A stretch of DNA of 48,060 nt, from positions 1 to 48,060 of the forward strand of contig CALCCK010000007.1 of assembly GCA_937899995.1 (NCBI GenBank), given 5' to 3'. The DNA comes from an uncultured Gammaproteobacteria bacterium. Lineage in GTDB: Bacteria > Pseudomonadota > Gammaproteobacteria > PS1 > Pseudothioglobaceae. Shown here in pieces: positions 10,002 to 21,273 of this stretch. The stretch's first letter is position 1. Every line of letters begins with the position of its first letter. The position numbers and the translations under genes were made by a program. A model generated the notes under the pieces. The model did no database searches. It saw only the letters and a program-made list of their open reading frames with translations, and was not told the DNA's origin.

Positions 10002-11701
10002 CAAGTATATCTAGGAGAGCTTATGTTGAGATGTATGGCCCCACTACAGGTGATAAAGTTCGTCTAGGTGATACTGAATTATTTATTGAAGTGGAAAAAG
10101 ATTTAACAACTTATGGTGAAGAAGTTAAATTTGGAGGCGGAAAGGTTATTCGCGATGGTATGGGTCAAAGTCAATTATGTAGTAAAGATGTTGTCGATGT
10201 TGTAATTACAAATGCATTAATTCTTGATTATTGGGGAATTATTAAAGCAGATATTGGCATTAAAGATGGGCGTATTGCAGGGATAGGAAAGTCTGGTAAT
10301 CCAGATGTACAACCTAATATTGATATTGTAATTGGTGCAGGTACTGAAGTTATTGCAGCAGAAGGGCAGATTGTGACAGCAGGCGGTATTGACGCACATA
10401 TTCATTTTATTTGTCCTCAGCAAGTCGAGGATGCTTTAATGTCTGGTATCACAACAATGCTAGGTGGTGGGACAGGGCCTTCTGCAGGAACTAATGCAAC
10501 AACATGCACTCCAGGACCATGGAATATACATAGGATGTTAGAAGCCGCCGAGGATTTGCCTATGAATCTTGGTTTTATGGGAAAGGGAAATGCTAGCTTG
10601 CCTTTACCATTAGAGGAGCAAGTATTAGCGGGAGCGATGGGTTTAAAACTTCATGAGGATTGGGGGACAACACCTGCTGCTATTGATAATTGTTTATCAG
10701 TTGCTGAAATATATGATGTCCAAGTCGCAATTCATACAGATACGTTAAATGAATCTGGCTTTGTTGAAGATACAATAGCTGCATTCAAAGGAAGGTCTAT
10801 CCATACTTATCACACTGAAGGAGCTGGTGGTGGTCATGCACCCGATATTATTAAAGCATGTGGTTACAGTAATATACTCCCATCTTCTACCAACCCAACA
10901 CGACCATATACTATTAATACAGTTGACGAGCATTTAGATATGCTTATGGTTTGTCATCATCTAGACCCATCAATAGCTGAAGATGTTGCTTTTGCTGAAT
11001 CACGTATACGAAGAGAAACAATTGCAGCAGAAGATATATTACATGATTTAGGTGCATTTTCTATGATTGCTTCAGATTCGCAAGCGATGGGACGGGTTGG
11101 AGAGGTTATTACAAGGACTTGGCAAACAGCTAATAAAATGAAAATTCAAAGAGGATCATTAGAAGAAGAAATCTCAGATAATGATAATTTTAGAGTAAAG
11201 AGGTATATTGCTAAATATACAATTAATCCCGCTATTACACATGGCATATCTCATGAAGTTGGTTCTATAGAGGTTGGAAAATTGGCTGATTTAGTTTTAT
11301 GGAAGCCTAAATTTTTTGGCGCTAAGCCTGGTGTTATTATTAAAGGCGGAATGATTGTAGCAGCCCCTATGGGAGATCCTAATGCATCAATACCAACTCC
11401 TCAACCAGTTCATTATAGAAAAATGTTTGGGGCATTAGGAATGGCTAGACTCAATACTCGAATGACTTTTTTATCTCAGGCAAGTGTTGAAGATGGAATT
11501 GTAGATCGCTTATCTCTTAAATCGTTAATAGGAATAGTAAAGAATTGTAGATCTGTTACAAAATCATCAATGATTCATAATGATTACCAGCCAAAAATTG
11601 AGGTTGATCCTCAAACATATGAAGTTAAAGCAGATGGGGTATTATTAACTTGTGAACCAGCAGATGAGCTTGCATTGGCGCAAAGATATTTTTTATTTTA
11701 A
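9998..11701 (+). CDS. ureC: Urease alpha (catalytic) subunit UreC
   Basis: [35 protein letters not shown] and MVCHHLD are classic urease active-site motifs. 567 aa. Confidence 0.95.
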   Translation: MTSISRRAYVEMYGPTTGDKVRLGDTELFIEVEKDLTTYGEEVKFGGGKVIRDGMGQSQLCSKDVVDVVITNALILDYWGIIKADIGIKDGRIAGIGKSGNPDVQPNIDIVIGAGTEVIAAEGQIVTAGGIDAHIHFICPQQVEDALMSGITTMLGGGTGPSAGTNATTCTPGPWNIHRMLEAAEDLPMNLGFMGKGNASLPLPLEEQVLAGAMGLKLHEDWGTTPAAIDNCLSVAEIYDVQVAIHTDTLNESGFVEDTIAAFKGRSIHTYHTEGAGGGHAPDIIKACGYSNILPSSTNPTRPYTINTVDEHLDMLMVCHHLDPSIAEDVAFAESRIRRETIAAEDILHDLGAFSMIASDSQAMGRVGEVITRTWQTANKMKIQRGSLEEEISDNDNFRVKRYIAKYTINPAITHGISHEVGSIEVGKLADLVLWKPKFFGAKPGVIIKGGMIVAAPMGDPNASIPTPQPVHYRKMFGALGMARLNTRMTFLSQASVEDGIVDRLSLKSLIGIVKNCRSVTKSSMIHNDYQPKIEVDPQTYEVKADGVLLTCEPADELALAQRYFLF

Positions 11702-11703
11702 TT

Positions 11704-12159
11704 ATGAAAGAATTTATTAATAAAATTTCAGCATCTGACAAGATAGATGACACAGTTACATTAGCTTTTGAACAAAGAGTAAAGAGTCGACTTAGAGTGA
11801 AATTAGACAGTAATGAAGATGCGGGTATATTTATGCAAAGAGGCAGCATACTTGAACATGGCGATCTTATTGCAACCAAGGGTGATTTTATTGTCCAAGT
11901 AGTGGCCGCCTCAGAATTATTATCATCAATTTACACAACTGATACATTGTTACTAGCTCAAGTTTGTTACCATCTTGGGAATCGACATATTGAACTTCAA
12001 ATTAAGCCAAATAGTGTGCATTATAAGCATGACCATGTTCTGGATGGGATGGTGCAAAGTTTTGGGTTAAAAGTTATTTCTGAGATGCTACCTTTTGAGC
12101 CAGAACAAGGTGCTTATAATTCTCATTCTTTGGATTATGGACATTCTCACGAACATTGA
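11704..12159 (+). CDS. ureE: Urease accessory metallochaperone UreE
   Basis: Position after ureC, GNRH motif (YHLGNRHIE), short His-rich tail (HSLDYGHSHEH). Confidence 0.85.
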   Translation: MKEFINKISASDKIDDTVTLAFEQRVKSRLRVKLDSNEDAGIFMQRGSILEHGDLIATKGDFIVQVVAASELLSSIYTTDTLLLAQVCYHLGNRHIELQIKPNSVHYKHDHVLDGMVQSFGLKVISEMLPFEPEQGAYNSHSLDYGHSHEH

Positions 12160-12826
12160 ACAACTTAGCTTGTTAAGGTTAATGAGTCTAACAAGCCCAA
12201 CTTTACCTATAGGAGGCTTTACTTATTCTCAGGGCATCGAAAAAGCTGTAGAAGATGGATGGATTGTTAGTATGGATACAGCACACGATTGGCTTAGTGG
12301 GCAATTATTAAATGGCCTAACTTATACGGATCTTCCTATATTAATAAAACTATATGATGCTTTTGTTTGTAATAATAGAATAGATATTATTAAGTGGAAT
12401 CAGATTCTATTAGCATGTCGTGAAACGAGTGAATTAAGACAAGAAGAAGTTAATAGAGGGAGGGCGTTAACGAAAGTATTACAAGGTTTAGACGAATCAA
12501 TAGTTGAAGATTATCAAGAAGTAATTAATACCAATCACTTGTCTGGATTTGCATTGATCAGTGTCCACTGGAATATACCCATTAGAGAGTTATTGTTAGG
12601 TTATAGTTGGTCTTGGCTTGAAAATCAAGTATCAGCTGTTGTCAAGATTATTCCACTCGGGCAAACGCAAGGGCAACAGTTATTACATAAGTTAATTGAG
12701 TTAATTCCTGAAATTATTGATCAATCAATCCAGGTGGATGAACAAGATATTGGCAGATCACAACCAGCCTTGGCAATAATTAGTAGTTTGCATGAGACTC
12801 AATATACAAGAATTTTTAGATCATAG
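12137..12826 (+). CDS. ureF: Urease accessory protein UreF
   Basis: LLRLMSLTSPTLPIGGFTYSQGIE is the UreF N-terminal signature. The ORF-track start at 12095 is a TTG deep inside ureE, so I prefer the ATG at 12137. The start remains uncertain. Confidence 0.8.
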   Translation: MDILTNIEQLSLLRLMSLTSPTLPIGGFTYSQGIEKAVEDGWIVSMDTAHDWLSGQLLNGLTYTDLPILIKLYDAFVCNNRIDIIKWNQILLACRETSELRQEEVNRGRALTKVLQGLDESIVEDYQEVINTNHLSGFALISVHWNIPIRELLLGYSWSWLENQVSAVVKIIPLGQTQGQQLLHKLIELIPEIIDQSIQVDEQDIGRSQPALAIISSLHETQYTRIFRS

Positions 12827-12838
12827 GATATATAGAAA

Positions 12839-13450
12839 ATGGGTAATAATCAGCAGCCATTAAGGGTAGGTGTTGGCGGGCCAGTTGGCTCAGGAAAAAC
12901 TGCTTTGTTAGATGTATTATGTAAAGCTATGCGTGATAGTTATCAGATTGCAGTTGTTACGAATGATATCTACACTAAAGAAGATGCAATGTTTTTAACC
13001 GCAAGTAATGCTTTAGATAAAGATAGGATTATAGGTGTAGAAACAGGCGGCTGTCCTCATACTGCAATTAGGGAGGATGCTTCAATGAATCTCGCAGCAA
13101 TAGAGGATTTATGTCAAAAATTCCCCAATCTAGATATTATTTTTATTGAAAGTGGTGGAGATAATTTATCTGCAACATTTAGTCCAGAATTGGCAGATAT
13201 TACTATTTATGTGATTGATGTAGCAGAAGGTGAAAAAATACCAAGAAAAGGAGGCCCGGGAATCACTCGTTCAGATTTATTAGTGATTAATAAAATTGAT
13301 TTAGCGCCGTATGTTGGCGCTTCGTTAGATGTTATGGAAAGTGATACTAAAAAAATGAGGGGAAAGAAACCTTTCGTCTTTACAAATTTAAAGAAATCTA
13401 TCGGGGTTGAAACAGTAATTAATTTTATTATTAATGAAGGTATGTTGTAA
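12839..13450 (+). CDS. ureG: Urease accessory GTPase UreG
   Basis: P-loop [13 protein letters not shown] motif ([13 protein letters not shown]), and ESGGDNL. Confidence 0.95.
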   Translation: MGNNQQPLRVGVGGPVGSGKTALLDVLCKAMRDSYQIAVVTNDIYTKEDAMFLTASNALDKDRIIGVETGGCPHTAIREDASMNLAAIEDLCQKFPNLDIIFIESGGDNLSATFSPELADITIYVIDVAEGEKIPRKGGPGITRSDLLVINKIDLAPYVGASLDVMESDTKKMRGKKPFVFTNLKKSIGVETVINFIINEGML

Positions 13451-13547
13451 TTCTGCAATAAAAACATACCATTTAAGGGATTTTCTAGAAATACAAATGT
13501 ATTAGTTTGAACTATACACCATATTAAAGTTAGTTTACAATCGATAC

Positions 13548-14348
13548 ATGAGATTTCTTGTATCGGTATTTAAAATATTTACCAAACGCCAAAGTTTGGA
13601 CGCGGCGGCAATATTGTCATTCGACACCTTGTTTGCTGTTGTTCCCGGTTTAGCTTTGGCTTTGAGCGTGTTTTCACTATCACCATATTTTGCTGAATTT
13701 CAACAACACTTAGAGGAGCTCCTGTTTGCCCAGCTATTGCCACAAAACTATGATGCAGCAAAGGGTTATGTTCATCAGTTTATTGTTCAGGCGCAATCAA
13801 TTAAAGGACTGAGTTTTTCTTTTTTAATCTTTACAGTGATAATACTGTTGTACGATATTGATAAGCGCATTAATTTAATCTGGCAGGATTCACATCAACG
13901 TCATTGGTTTAAAGGGTTACTGTCTTATTTAGCTATTTTATTTTTAGGCCCTATCTTGTTAGGTGCATCCTTATTTTTTAGCTCTTACGTGATGGCATCG
14001 GAATTGTTTAGTAGTTTACCGGCAGCTGAATACGCACCTTTCCTACTGCCGTTTGTCCTATCTTGTTTTGGCTTCTCAAGCTTGTATTATGCAGTACCTT
14101 TAGAAAAAGTACGTTTAATTAATGCCTTACAAGCTGGGTTGATTGCGGCGGTATTATTAGAAGTAATCAAATATGCAATGTTTATTTATATTCAATATTT
14201 CCCATTGTACGAGTTGATTTACGGCACATTGTCCATACTTATGTTGGTAATGCTGTGGGTTTACCTGGCATGGGTAATCGTATTGTTAGGGGCTAGTTTT
14301 TGTTATTGCTTTGAAAACAAAGAGATAAGCTACTTATCTAACAACTAG
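13548..14348 (+). CDS. YihY/BrkB-family inner membrane protein
   Basis: Polytopic membrane protein whose N terminus (AAAILSFDTLFAVVPGLAL) and overall pattern are typical of the YihY (formerly RNase BN) family. Confidence 0.7.
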   Translation: MRFLVSVFKIFTKRQSLDAAAILSFDTLFAVVPGLALALSVFSLSPYFAEFQQHLEELLFAQLLPQNYDAAKGYVHQFIVQAQSIKGLSFSFLIFTVIILLYDIDKRINLIWQDSHQRHWFKGLLSYLAILFLGPILLGASLFFSSYVMASELFSSLPAAEYAPFLLPFVLSCFGFSSLYYAVPLEKVRLINALQAGLIAAVLLEVIKYAMFIYIQYFPLYELIYGTLSILMLVMLWVYLAWVIVLLGASFCYCFENKEISYLSNN

Positions 14349-14386
14349 CGTAAAATTAGAAACCTTTAATATAGTCAACATTTCTT

Positions 14387-14980
14387 ATGTTTACAGGCAT
14401 TGTTCAAGCCATTGGTCAAATCAAAACTAAAGATGTTCACGATAAAGGTGCGGTGTTTAGTTTTGCTTCAAGCGAGCTAGATTTTTCCTCTGTGGCAATC
14501 GGCGATAGCATTGCAGTGAATGGCGTATGTTTAACTGCGATTGAAATCGGTACTGATACATTTAAAGCGGACCTTTCTCAAGAGACACTAGATTGCTCTA
14601 TTTTTGGTGATTTATCGGTTGGTGATGACATCAACCTCGAAAAATCCCTGAGACTTAATCAAGGTATTGACGGCCATCTAGTCAGTGGTCATGTAGACGG
14701 AGAGGGTGAAGTGATCGATAAATACACTGAAGGTGATTCCACACGTTTTAAAATTAGCACGCCACAGAATTTGGTAAAATACATAGCTAGAAAAGGCTCA
14801 ATCACCATGAATGGTGTAAGCTTAACGGTTAACAGTATTGAGAATAATGTGTTTGATGTGAATATCGTTCCTCATACATTGACAGCAACAACATTAGGGC
14901 AACTGAGTGTAGGTAGTAAGATTAACCTTGAGGTTGATATTATTGCTAGGCATTTAGAGCAGTTGTTAAATAAAGATTAA
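14387..14980 (+). CDS. ribE: Riboflavin synthase
   Basis: MFTGIVQAIGQI start and two lumazine-binding repeats (GDSIAVNGVCLT / GSITMNGVSLTV). Confidence 0.9.
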   Translation: MFTGIVQAIGQIKTKDVHDKGAVFSFASSELDFSSVAIGDSIAVNGVCLTAIEIGTDTFKADLSQETLDCSIFGDLSVGDDINLEKSLRLNQGIDGHLVSGHVDGEGEVIDKYTEGDSTRFKISTPQNLVKYIARKGSITMNGVSLTVNSIENNVFDVNIVPHTLTATTLGQLSVGSKINLEVDIIARHLEQLLNKD

Positions 14981-14996
14981 TTAAGTAAGGATTTGA

Positions 14997-16073
14997 ATGA
15001 AAGCCACTATTGAAGAAATCTTAAAAGATTATAAGCAAGGCAAGATGATTATCCTTATGGATGATGAAGATCGTGAAAATGAAGGTGACCTAATTATTCC
15101 TGCAGCTACTTGCACTAAAGAAGATATTAATTTTATGGCCACACATGGTCGTGGTTTGATTTGTTTAACACTCACTCAAGAGCGTTGTAAGCAACTTAAT
15201 TTACCACTGATGGTGGCGCAAAATAACGATGCTAACGGCACTAACTTTACGGTTTCAATTGAAGCTGTAGAGGGTGTAACCACTGGTATTTCAGCTGCAG
15301 ACAGAGCCAAAACCGTATTAGATGCAGTGGCACCAAATGCAACACCTGCTGATATCGTACAGCCAGGTCATATTTTCCCTTTAATGGCACAGCCAGGCGG
15401 TGTGTTAATTCGCGCAGGCCATACTGAAGCAGGTTGTGATCTAGCGCGTTTAGCGGGCTATGAACCAGCTTCCGTGATTGTTGAAATCCTGAATGAAGAT
15501 GGCACCATGGCACGTCGTGATGATTTAGAAATCTTCGCTAAAAAACACAATATTAAATGGGGTACGATTGAAGATTTGATTTCTTATCGTGTTGAAAATG
15601 AAAAAACCATTGAGCGCATTAATGAGCGTGAATTCAAAACCGAGAATGCAACCTTTAGATTGGTTTCATTCCTTGATAGCATTCACAACGAAACCCATCT
15701 AGCCTTAGTTAAAGGCGATATTACTAGTGACGGCACCACTTGTGTGCGTGTACATATGGAAGATACTTTTAAGGACGTATTGCATGAGGCTAGCCCAAGT
15801 TTTGGTGTTGAGTCAGCGCTAAAACATATTGCCAAATCAGACAGCGGTGTGTTCTTACTATTAAGAAAACAAACAGATAAATCTATCCTGCAAAATATTG
15901 ACGCTACAGTTCGAGACAATGGTGGCGATGATATTAAAACTTACGGTGTCGGTGCGCAGATTTTGTCAGATCTAGGTGTTAAGAAAATGAGAATTTTAGG
16001 CAGCCCTAGAAAACTACATGGTCTTAAAGGTTTTGGCTTGGAAGTGGTTGAATACGTTGATACCAAAAAATAA
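14997..16073 (+). CDS. ribBA: 3,4-dihydroxy-2-butanone-4-phosphate synthase fused to a degenerate GTP cyclohydrolase II-like domain (RibBA/RibBX type)
   Basis: The N-terminal half is a canonical RibB ([26 protein letters not shown]). The C-terminal half aligns to RibA but reads [21 protein letters not shown] where RibA has VRVHSECLTGD...RCDCG, so the zinc cysteines are absent. Confidence 0.9.
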   Translation: MKATIEEILKDYKQGKMIILMDDEDRENEGDLIIPAATCTKEDINFMATHGRGLICLTLTQERCKQLNLPLMVAQNNDANGTNFTVSIEAVEGVTTGISAADRAKTVLDAVAPNATPADIVQPGHIFPLMAQPGGVLIRAGHTEAGCDLARLAGYEPASVIVEILNEDGTMARRDDLEIFAKKHNIKWGTIEDLISYRVENEKTIERINEREFKTENATFRLVSFLDSIHNETHLALVKGDITSDGTTCVRVHMEDTFKDVLHEASPSFGVESALKHIAKSDSGVFLLLRKQTDKSILQNIDATVRDNGGDDIKTYGVGAQILSDLGVKKMRILGSPRKLHGLKGFGLEVVEYVDTKK

Positions 16074-16078
16074 GGGAA

Positions 16079-16585
16079 ATGATGGAATTTAAATTTGATC
16101 GTGATGCCAATCAAGATTTTTTAGTAAATGCTAAAGTGGCTATTATTGTTGGTTATTTTTACCAAGATATTGGTGATAAATTGTTAGCAGCTACACATGA
16201 AACTTTAGCTAAATACGGTATTAATGAAAACAACGTTAACGTATTTTATGCGCCAGGTGCCTTTGAGATCCCGCTATTGGCTAAGCGTCTAGCTGGGCAA
16301 AAATCAGCCGGTGAAAATCTATACGACGGCATTGTTACTTTGGGTGCTGTGATTAATGGCGAAACTCCGCACTTTGATTTTGTTTGTAATGAGTGCGCCC
16401 GTGGTATAGCTGATGTCTCTTACCAGTATGAAATTCCAACCGCTTTTGGTGTGCTAACCACCTCAAACATGGATCAAGCTATTGGTAGGGCTGGTGGCTA
16501 CAAAGGCAACAAAGGTGAGGAAGCCACTATGGCAATGATTGAAATGCTTTATTTAATGAAGCAAGCTGACAGCCAGGCGTTTTAA
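16079..16585 (+). CDS. ribH: 6,7-dimethyl-8-ribityllumazine synthase
   Basis: Position in the rib operon. VFYAPGAFEIPLLAKRLA and GAVINGETPHFDFVCNE motifs. Confidence 0.9.
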   Translation: MMEFKFDRDANQDFLVNAKVAIIVGYFYQDIGDKLLAATHETLAKYGINENNVNVFYAPGAFEIPLLAKRLAGQKSAGENLYDGIVTLGAVINGETPHFDFVCNECARGIADVSYQYEIPTAFGVLTTSNMDQAIGRAGGYKGNKGEEATMAMIEMLYLMKQADSQAF

Positions 16586-16589
16586 GATT

Positions 16590-17015
16590 ATGGCCTTCAA
16601 AACCCCAAAACAACGCTCACGCGAGCGTGTAGTCCAAGCTCTGTATCAGTACCTAGTATCAGGTGGTGAGGTCTTGCAAATTGAACAGCAATTTCTCAAT
16701 CAGAAAGAAGGTAAGATTTCCAAAGCATTCTTTTCTAATCTATTTCTTAATATCTTAAGAAATAGAACTGAATTAGATGATCTAATTGCACCAACTATTT
16801 CTAGAGAAACCGATGAACTAGGTTCTGTTGAACATGCCGTGCTCTACTTGGGTGTGTACGAGTTACAAAATAGTATTGAAGTACCTTATAAGGTGGTGAT
16901 TAATGAGGCGCTTGAAATTGCTAAGTTATACGGCGCAGAAGGTGCTTTTAAGCTTATTAACAGCTCGTTAGACCAGTTAGCCAAAGAACTACGCAGTGTT
17001 GAGGTAAATGCCTAA
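16590..17015 (+). CDS. nusB: Transcription antitermination factor NusB
   Basis: SRERVVQALYQ start, typical size (141 aa), conserved ribH-nusB linkage. Confidence 0.9.
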   Translation: MAFKTPKQRSRERVVQALYQYLVSGGEVLQIEQQFLNQKEGKISKAFFSNLFLNILRNRTELDDLIAPTISRETDELGSVEHAVLYLGVYELQNSIEVPYKVVINEALEIAKLYGAEGAFKLINSSLDQLAKELRSVEVNA

Positions 17016-17016
17016 A

Positions 17017-20000
17017 TTATTCTAAATTTGGCGAAAGCAGTCTTTCTGCTTGATCAACCGAAATTCCTTTTCTGCTTGCATAATCTTCCACTTGTTCTTG
17101 GTTGATTTTTGCCACACCAAAATAGCGCGATTCAGGATGTGAAAAATACCAGCCACTGACGGATGCTGTTGGCAACATTGCATACGAGCTGGTGAGTGTC
17201 ATGCCGATATTTTTCTCAACATCGAGTAATTCCCATAACTTGTCTTTTTCACTGTGTTCAGGGCACGCAGGGTAGCCAGGGGCTGGGCGAATGCCGCGAT
17301 ATTTTTCTTCAATAAATTCATTGTTGTTGAAGTTTTCATCACTATAGCCCCAAATTTCAGTGCGGAACTTATAATGCATCATTTCCGCAAAAGCCTCGGC
17401 TAAACGATCAGCCACAGCTTTGATCATAATTGAGTTGTAGTCGTCATGATCAGCTTCGAAAGCCTCTACTAGTGGTTCAATGTTAATACCAGCAGTTACT
17501 GCAAATGCACCCATATAATCAGTCACACCATTGTCTTTAGGTGCGATGAAATCACTCAAACAAAAGTTTGGTGTGTTGCCTTTTTTATCCAGCTGTTGGC
17601 GAAGCTGGTTGAGTGTCATTAGTACATCACCGCTCTCATCATAAAGTTCAATATCTTCATTCACGCTATTGGCTGGGAAGATGCCCACAACTGCGTTAGC
17701 GCTTAATAATTTCTCGTCGATGACTTTCTTAAATAGGGCTTGAGCATCTTTATAAAGATCTGAAGCTGATTCACCTACCACTTCATCCGTCAAGATGTCT
17801 GGAAATTTTCCGGCCAACTCCCAAGTACGGAAGAATGGTACCCAGTCGATAAATTCAAAAATCTCAGCTAAGTCGTAGTCTTTATATACTTGTATGCCGA
17901 GTTGATTAGGCGTTGTAATCGCATCAAATTTGAGTTTTGGTTTGTTGGCTCTAGCCTTGTCCATTGAAATAAGCTTACTCTTGCCTTTGTTGGCACGACG
18001 CTGTCTAACCACTTCGTACTCTTCTTTAGTTTCGGCCAGTAGTTTTGGCTTGGCCTCTAATGAAAGTAAGTTAGAGGCGACACCCACTGCTTTGGAGGCG
18101 TCTTGTACGTAAAACACACCTTTGTCATACTCTGGCTCAATCTTAACGGCTGTATGCGCTTTAGAGGTTGTGGCACCACCAATCATTAATGGCAAGCTAA
18201 AGCCTTGGCGTGTCATTTCCTTGGCCACAAATACCATCTCATCAAGTGACGGAGTGATCAGGCCAGACAAGCCAATAATATCCACATTTTCTTTTTTAGC
18301 AGTTTCTAAAATAGTCTCAGTTGGTACCATGACACCAAGATCAATAATCTCATAATTATTACAAGATAACACCACGCCAACAATATTTTTACCAATATCA
18401 TGTACGTCACCTTTAACCGTGGCCATTAGAATTTTTCCTTGCGAGGTGGATGCGCAATCATCTTTTTCAGTTTCTAAGAATGGATCTAAGTAAGCCACTG
18501 ATTTTTTCATTACACGGGCAGATTTAACTACTTGTGGTAAGAACATTTTGCCAGCACCAAATAAATCACCCACCACATTCATACCATCCATCAACGGACC
18601 TTCAATCACCAATATAGGGCGTCCAAGCTTATCAAATGCCTCTTGAGTGTCTTCGTCAATAAATTTAGTAATACCTTTAATCAGGGCATGTTGTAAGCGT
18701 TTTTCTACTTCCCACGAGCGCCATTCTAAATCCTTCAGATTTTCTTTTTGTTCGCCAGTACCAGAGAATTTTCCAGCGATATCAACCAGGCGCTCACCTG
18801 CATTTTCATCGCTATTGAGCACCACATCTTCTACTGCTTTTTTAAGTTCAGGATCAATATCATCATAAACCACCAGCTGACTAGCGTTAACAATACCCAT
18901 AGTCATGCCCGCTTTTACAGCGTGGTATAAAAATACTGAGTGGATCGCTTCACGTACCGGGTTGTTACCCCTAAATGAGAACGATACATTAGATACACCA
19001 CCTGATATTTTCGCATAAGGTAGGTTTTTGGTTATCTCGCGCGTGGCTTCAATAAAGTCTACGCCGTAGTTATTGTGCTCTTCAATACCAGTGGCAATGG
19101 CAAAGATATTAGGATCAAAGATAATGTCTTCTGCTGGGAAGCCAACTTCATTAACCAAGATGTTATAAGCCTCTGTGCAAATCTCAATCTTGCGCTCTTG
19201 CGTGTCAGCCTGGCCAACTTCATCAAACGCCATAACGATAATCGCCGCACCATAACGCTTACAAAGTTTGGCATATTTAACAAAATTCTCTTTGCCTTCT
19301 TTGAGTGAGATTGAGTTAACAATTGCTTTGCCTTGTGTGCATTTAAGGCCGGCTTCAATAATATCCCATTTAGATGAGTCCACCATCAGTGGCACTTTAG
19401 AGATATCGGGCTCAGAGGCGATTAGATTCATAAAACGGACCATTGCCGCTTTACCATCGAGCATACCTTCATCCATATTGATATCAATCACTTGCGCACC
19501 TTCTTCTACTTGTGCACGGCAAATATCCAGCGCTTCTTCAAATTCTTCGTTGAGAATCAAACGCTTAAATTTAGCGGAGCCGGTGACATTAGCACGCTCA
19601 CCTATATTTACAAATAAAGCTTCATCGCCAATATTAAATGCTTCTAGGCCAGATAATCGACACTTTGGTTTAATATTAGGAATTTTTCTAGGTGCTAAAC
19701 CCTCAATCGCATCAGCAATCGCCTTAATATGCTCAGGCGTAGAACCACAACAACCACCCAAAATATTCACCAAGCCTGAACTTGCCCATTCACCTACTTG
19801 CTCACTCATGGTGATGGCACCTAGATCATATTCACCAAATTCATTTGGCAAACCAGCATTTGGGTGTGCAGACACATAGGTGTTGGCTATGCGAGACATC
19901 TCAGCCACATATTGGCGTAATAAATCAGGGCCTAATGCACAGTTAAGGCCAATAGAGATAGGGTTAGCATGACGCAATGAATTATAAAATGCTTCCGTCA

Positions 20001-20670
20001 TTTGCCCAGATAGGGTACGACCAGAGGCGTCTGTGATGGTACCTGAGATCATGATTGGAAGTTCAACACCGTCATCTTCGAAGACTTGTTGAACGGCAAA
20101 AATAGCCGCCTTGGCATTTAGCGTATCAAAAATAGTTTCAATTAAGATGATGTCTGAACCACCCTCGATCAAACCACGAGTTGATTCCATATACACGTCA
20201 ACCAACTCATCAAAGGTGACATTTCTAAAACCAGGGTCATTCACATCTGGTGAGAGTGAACAAGTACGCGAAGTCGGGCCAATAACACCCGCTACAAACC
20301 GTGGCTTATTTTCGGTAGAAAATTCGTCACAAGCAGTCTTCGCAAGGCGAGCACTTTCTACATTGATTTCATAAGCAAATTCTTCCATCTTGTAATCAGA
20401 CATAGAAGTTTTAGTTGCGTTAAAGGTATTTGTTTCAACAATGTCAGCGCCTACCTCTAGATATGAGCGGTGAATATCCTGAATTATTTTTGGCTGAGTG
20501 AGCGATAAAAGGTCATTATTACCTTGTACCAAAATATGCCAATCTTTAAAGCGTTCACCACGATACTGCTCTTCGCTGAGCTTATGCTTTTGAATCATGG
20601 TGCCCATAGCACCATCTAGTACTAAGATTCGTTGCTCTAAAAGGGATTGTAATATCTGTTTTGTCGACAT
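17017..20670 (-). CDS. metH: Cobalamin-dependent methionine synthase MetH
   Basis: All modules are present: Hcy-binding ([18 protein letters not shown]), pterin-binding, B12-binding ([10 protein letters not shown]) and the AdoMet activation domain. I set the start at [14 protein letters not shown] (ATG at 20670) rather than the ORF-track extension to 20745. Confidence 0.95.
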   Translation of the reverse strand: MSTKQILQSLLEQRILVLDGAMGTMIQKHKLSEEQYRGERFKDWHILVQGNNDLLSLTQPKIIQDIHRSYLEVGADIVETNTFNATKTSMSDYKMEEFAYEINVESARLAKTACDEFSTENKPRFVAGVIGPTSRTCSLSPDVNDPGFRNVTFDELVDVYMESTRGLIEGGSDIILIETIFDTLNAKAAIFAVQQVFEDDGVELPIMISGTITDASGRTLSGQMTEAFYNSLRHANPISIGLNCALGPDLLRQYVAEMSRIANTYVSAHPNAGLPNEFGEYDLGAITMSEQVGEWASSGLVNILGGCCGSTPEHIKAIADAIEGLAPRKIPNIKPKCRLSGLEAFNIGDEALFVNIGERANVTGSAKFKRLILNEEFEEALDICRAQVEEGAQVIDINMDEGMLDGKAAMVRFMNLIASEPDISKVPLMVDSSKWDIIEAGLKCTQGKAIVNSISLKEGKENFVKYAKLCKRYGAAIIVMAFDEVGQADTQERKIEICTEAYNILVNEVGFPAEDIIFDPNIFAIATGIEEHNNYGVDFIEATREITKNLPYAKISGGVSNVSFSFRGNNPVREAIHSVFLYHAVKAGMTMGIVNASQLVVYDDIDPELKKAVEDVVLNSDENAGERLVDIAGKFSGTGEQKENLKDLEWRSWEVEKRLQHALIKGITKFIDEDTQEAFDKLGRPILVIEGPLMDGMNVVGDLFGAGKMFLPQVVKSARVMKKSVAYLDPFLETEKDDCASTSQGKILMATVKGDVHDIGKNIVGVVLSCNNYEIIDLGVMVPTETILETAKKENVDIIGLSGLITPSLDEMVFVAKEMTRQGFSLPLMIGGATTSKAHTAVKIEPEYDKGVFYVQDASKAVGVASNLLSLEAKPKLLAETKEEYEVVRQRRANKGKSKLISMDKARANKPKLKFDAITTPNQLGIQVYKDYDLAEIFEFIDWVPFFRTWELAGKFPDILTDEVVGESASDLYKDAQALFKKVIDEKLLSANAVVGIFPANSVNEDIELYDESGDVLMTLNQLRQQLDKKGNTPNFCLSDFIAPKDNGVTDYMGAFAVTAGINIEPLVEAFEADHDDYNSIMIKAVADRLAEAFAEMMHYKFRTEIWGYSDENFNNNEFIEEKYRGIRPAPGYPACPEHSEKDKLWELLDVEKNIGMTLTSSYAMLPTASVSGWYFSHPESRYFGVAKINQEQVEDYASRKGISVDQAERLLSPNLE

Positions 20671-20757
20671 GCTGGGTATTATACCCAAAGCTAACAAGCA
20701 CCCACAGGGCATAAATTCGGCTTTATAATGAACGCAGTATTTCAATACAAAGTAACT

Positions 20758-21180
20758 ATGAAAAGATTGTTAATGACTACTTTATTTATCAGTAGCTTGC
20801 AGGCCCATGCATTTTTAGATTTTAATAATTATGGTGCAGACTATAAAGATAATAACTGGCCAGTTTGGACGCCCATGTATTGGATGGAGAAAGTAACTGA
20901 TAACGATATGTTTGGTAATAAACGCAATCAAGGTTATGGCTATCCTTATAACAACCGACCTTACAACATCAACGCTTCACATTTTGACATGAGCCAAATG
21001 CCAACTCCGGATCAAGCTTACCAGGCAGAGAGTAATCGTATACCAACCCCAATGTTTATGACACCTGCAGCGCAATCATTTGTCAATCCAGGTAATATGG
21101 GTGGTTATGATTTACCAAGCCCTTACCCTAGTAATTATCAGTTTAACGAGCACTCTAATCCTTATCCAAATGGATTCTAA
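20758..21180 (+). CDS. Small Sec-exported low-complexity protein (Asn/Pro/Tyr/Met-rich), paralogue 1, uncharacterised
   Basis: Signal peptide [18 protein letters not shown]|F. The mature part contains [33 protein letters not shown] and [15 protein letters not shown]. The start is taken at the second ATG because it gives a canonical signal peptide; the ORF-track start is 20728. Confidence 0.6.
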   Translation: MKRLLMTTLFISSLQAHAFLDFNNYGADYKDNNWPVWTPMYWMEKVTDNDMFGNKRNQGYGYPYNNRPYNINASHFDMSQMPTPDQAYQAESNRIPTPMFMTPAAQSFVNPGNMGGYDLPSPYPSNYQFNEHSNPYPNGF

Positions 21181-21206
21181 TTGATTCTCATTTTGAAACT
21201 ATAGTA

Positions 21207-21234
21207 TTGACTTATAATATTATTATGTTATAAT
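21207..21234 (+). promoter_or_regulatory. Near-consensus sigma70 promoter with extended -10 for the gene at 21274
   Basis: TTGACT (21207-21212), 16-nt spacer, TGT-TATAAT (-10 at 21229-21234). About 40 nt upstream of the ATG. Confidence 0.5.
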
Positions 21235-21273
21235 ATATGCTCCTTTAACAATTAAAAATATGGAGATAAGACA

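Noticed and set aside
14349-14386. An FMN riboswitch upstream of the rib genes, and a B12 riboswitch near metH.
   Set aside because: The intergenic spaces (38 nt before ribE, 87 nt before metH) are too short, and none of the conserved FMN or B12 element sequence is visible.
17013-17019. The nusB and metH stop codons are separated by a single nucleotide, with no terminator between the convergent genes.
   Set aside because: This is real in the sequence but unremarkable in compact genomes. There is no structure to annotate.
17930-20374. Several plus-strand ORFs of 60-203 aa antisense to metH (for example 19268-19879), and similar antisense ORFs inside urtA, ureC, ribBA, the MFS gene, spoT and nadE.
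   Set aside because: All lie entirely within strongly supported conserved genes on the opposite strand. They have Ser/Leu-rich junk-like translations and no RBS.
20671-20745. ORF-track N-terminal extensions: metH to 20745, ureF from TTG 12095, the ABC ATPase from 24540, pcm from 30481, the DUF411 gene from 32754, paralogue 1 from 20728, and the PQQ dehydrogenase from TTG 29469.
   Set aside because: In each case a downstream ATG gives the conserved family N terminus or a proper signal peptide and a more sensible overlap with the upstream gene. The extensions are longest-ORF artefacts. The exact starts remain unverified.
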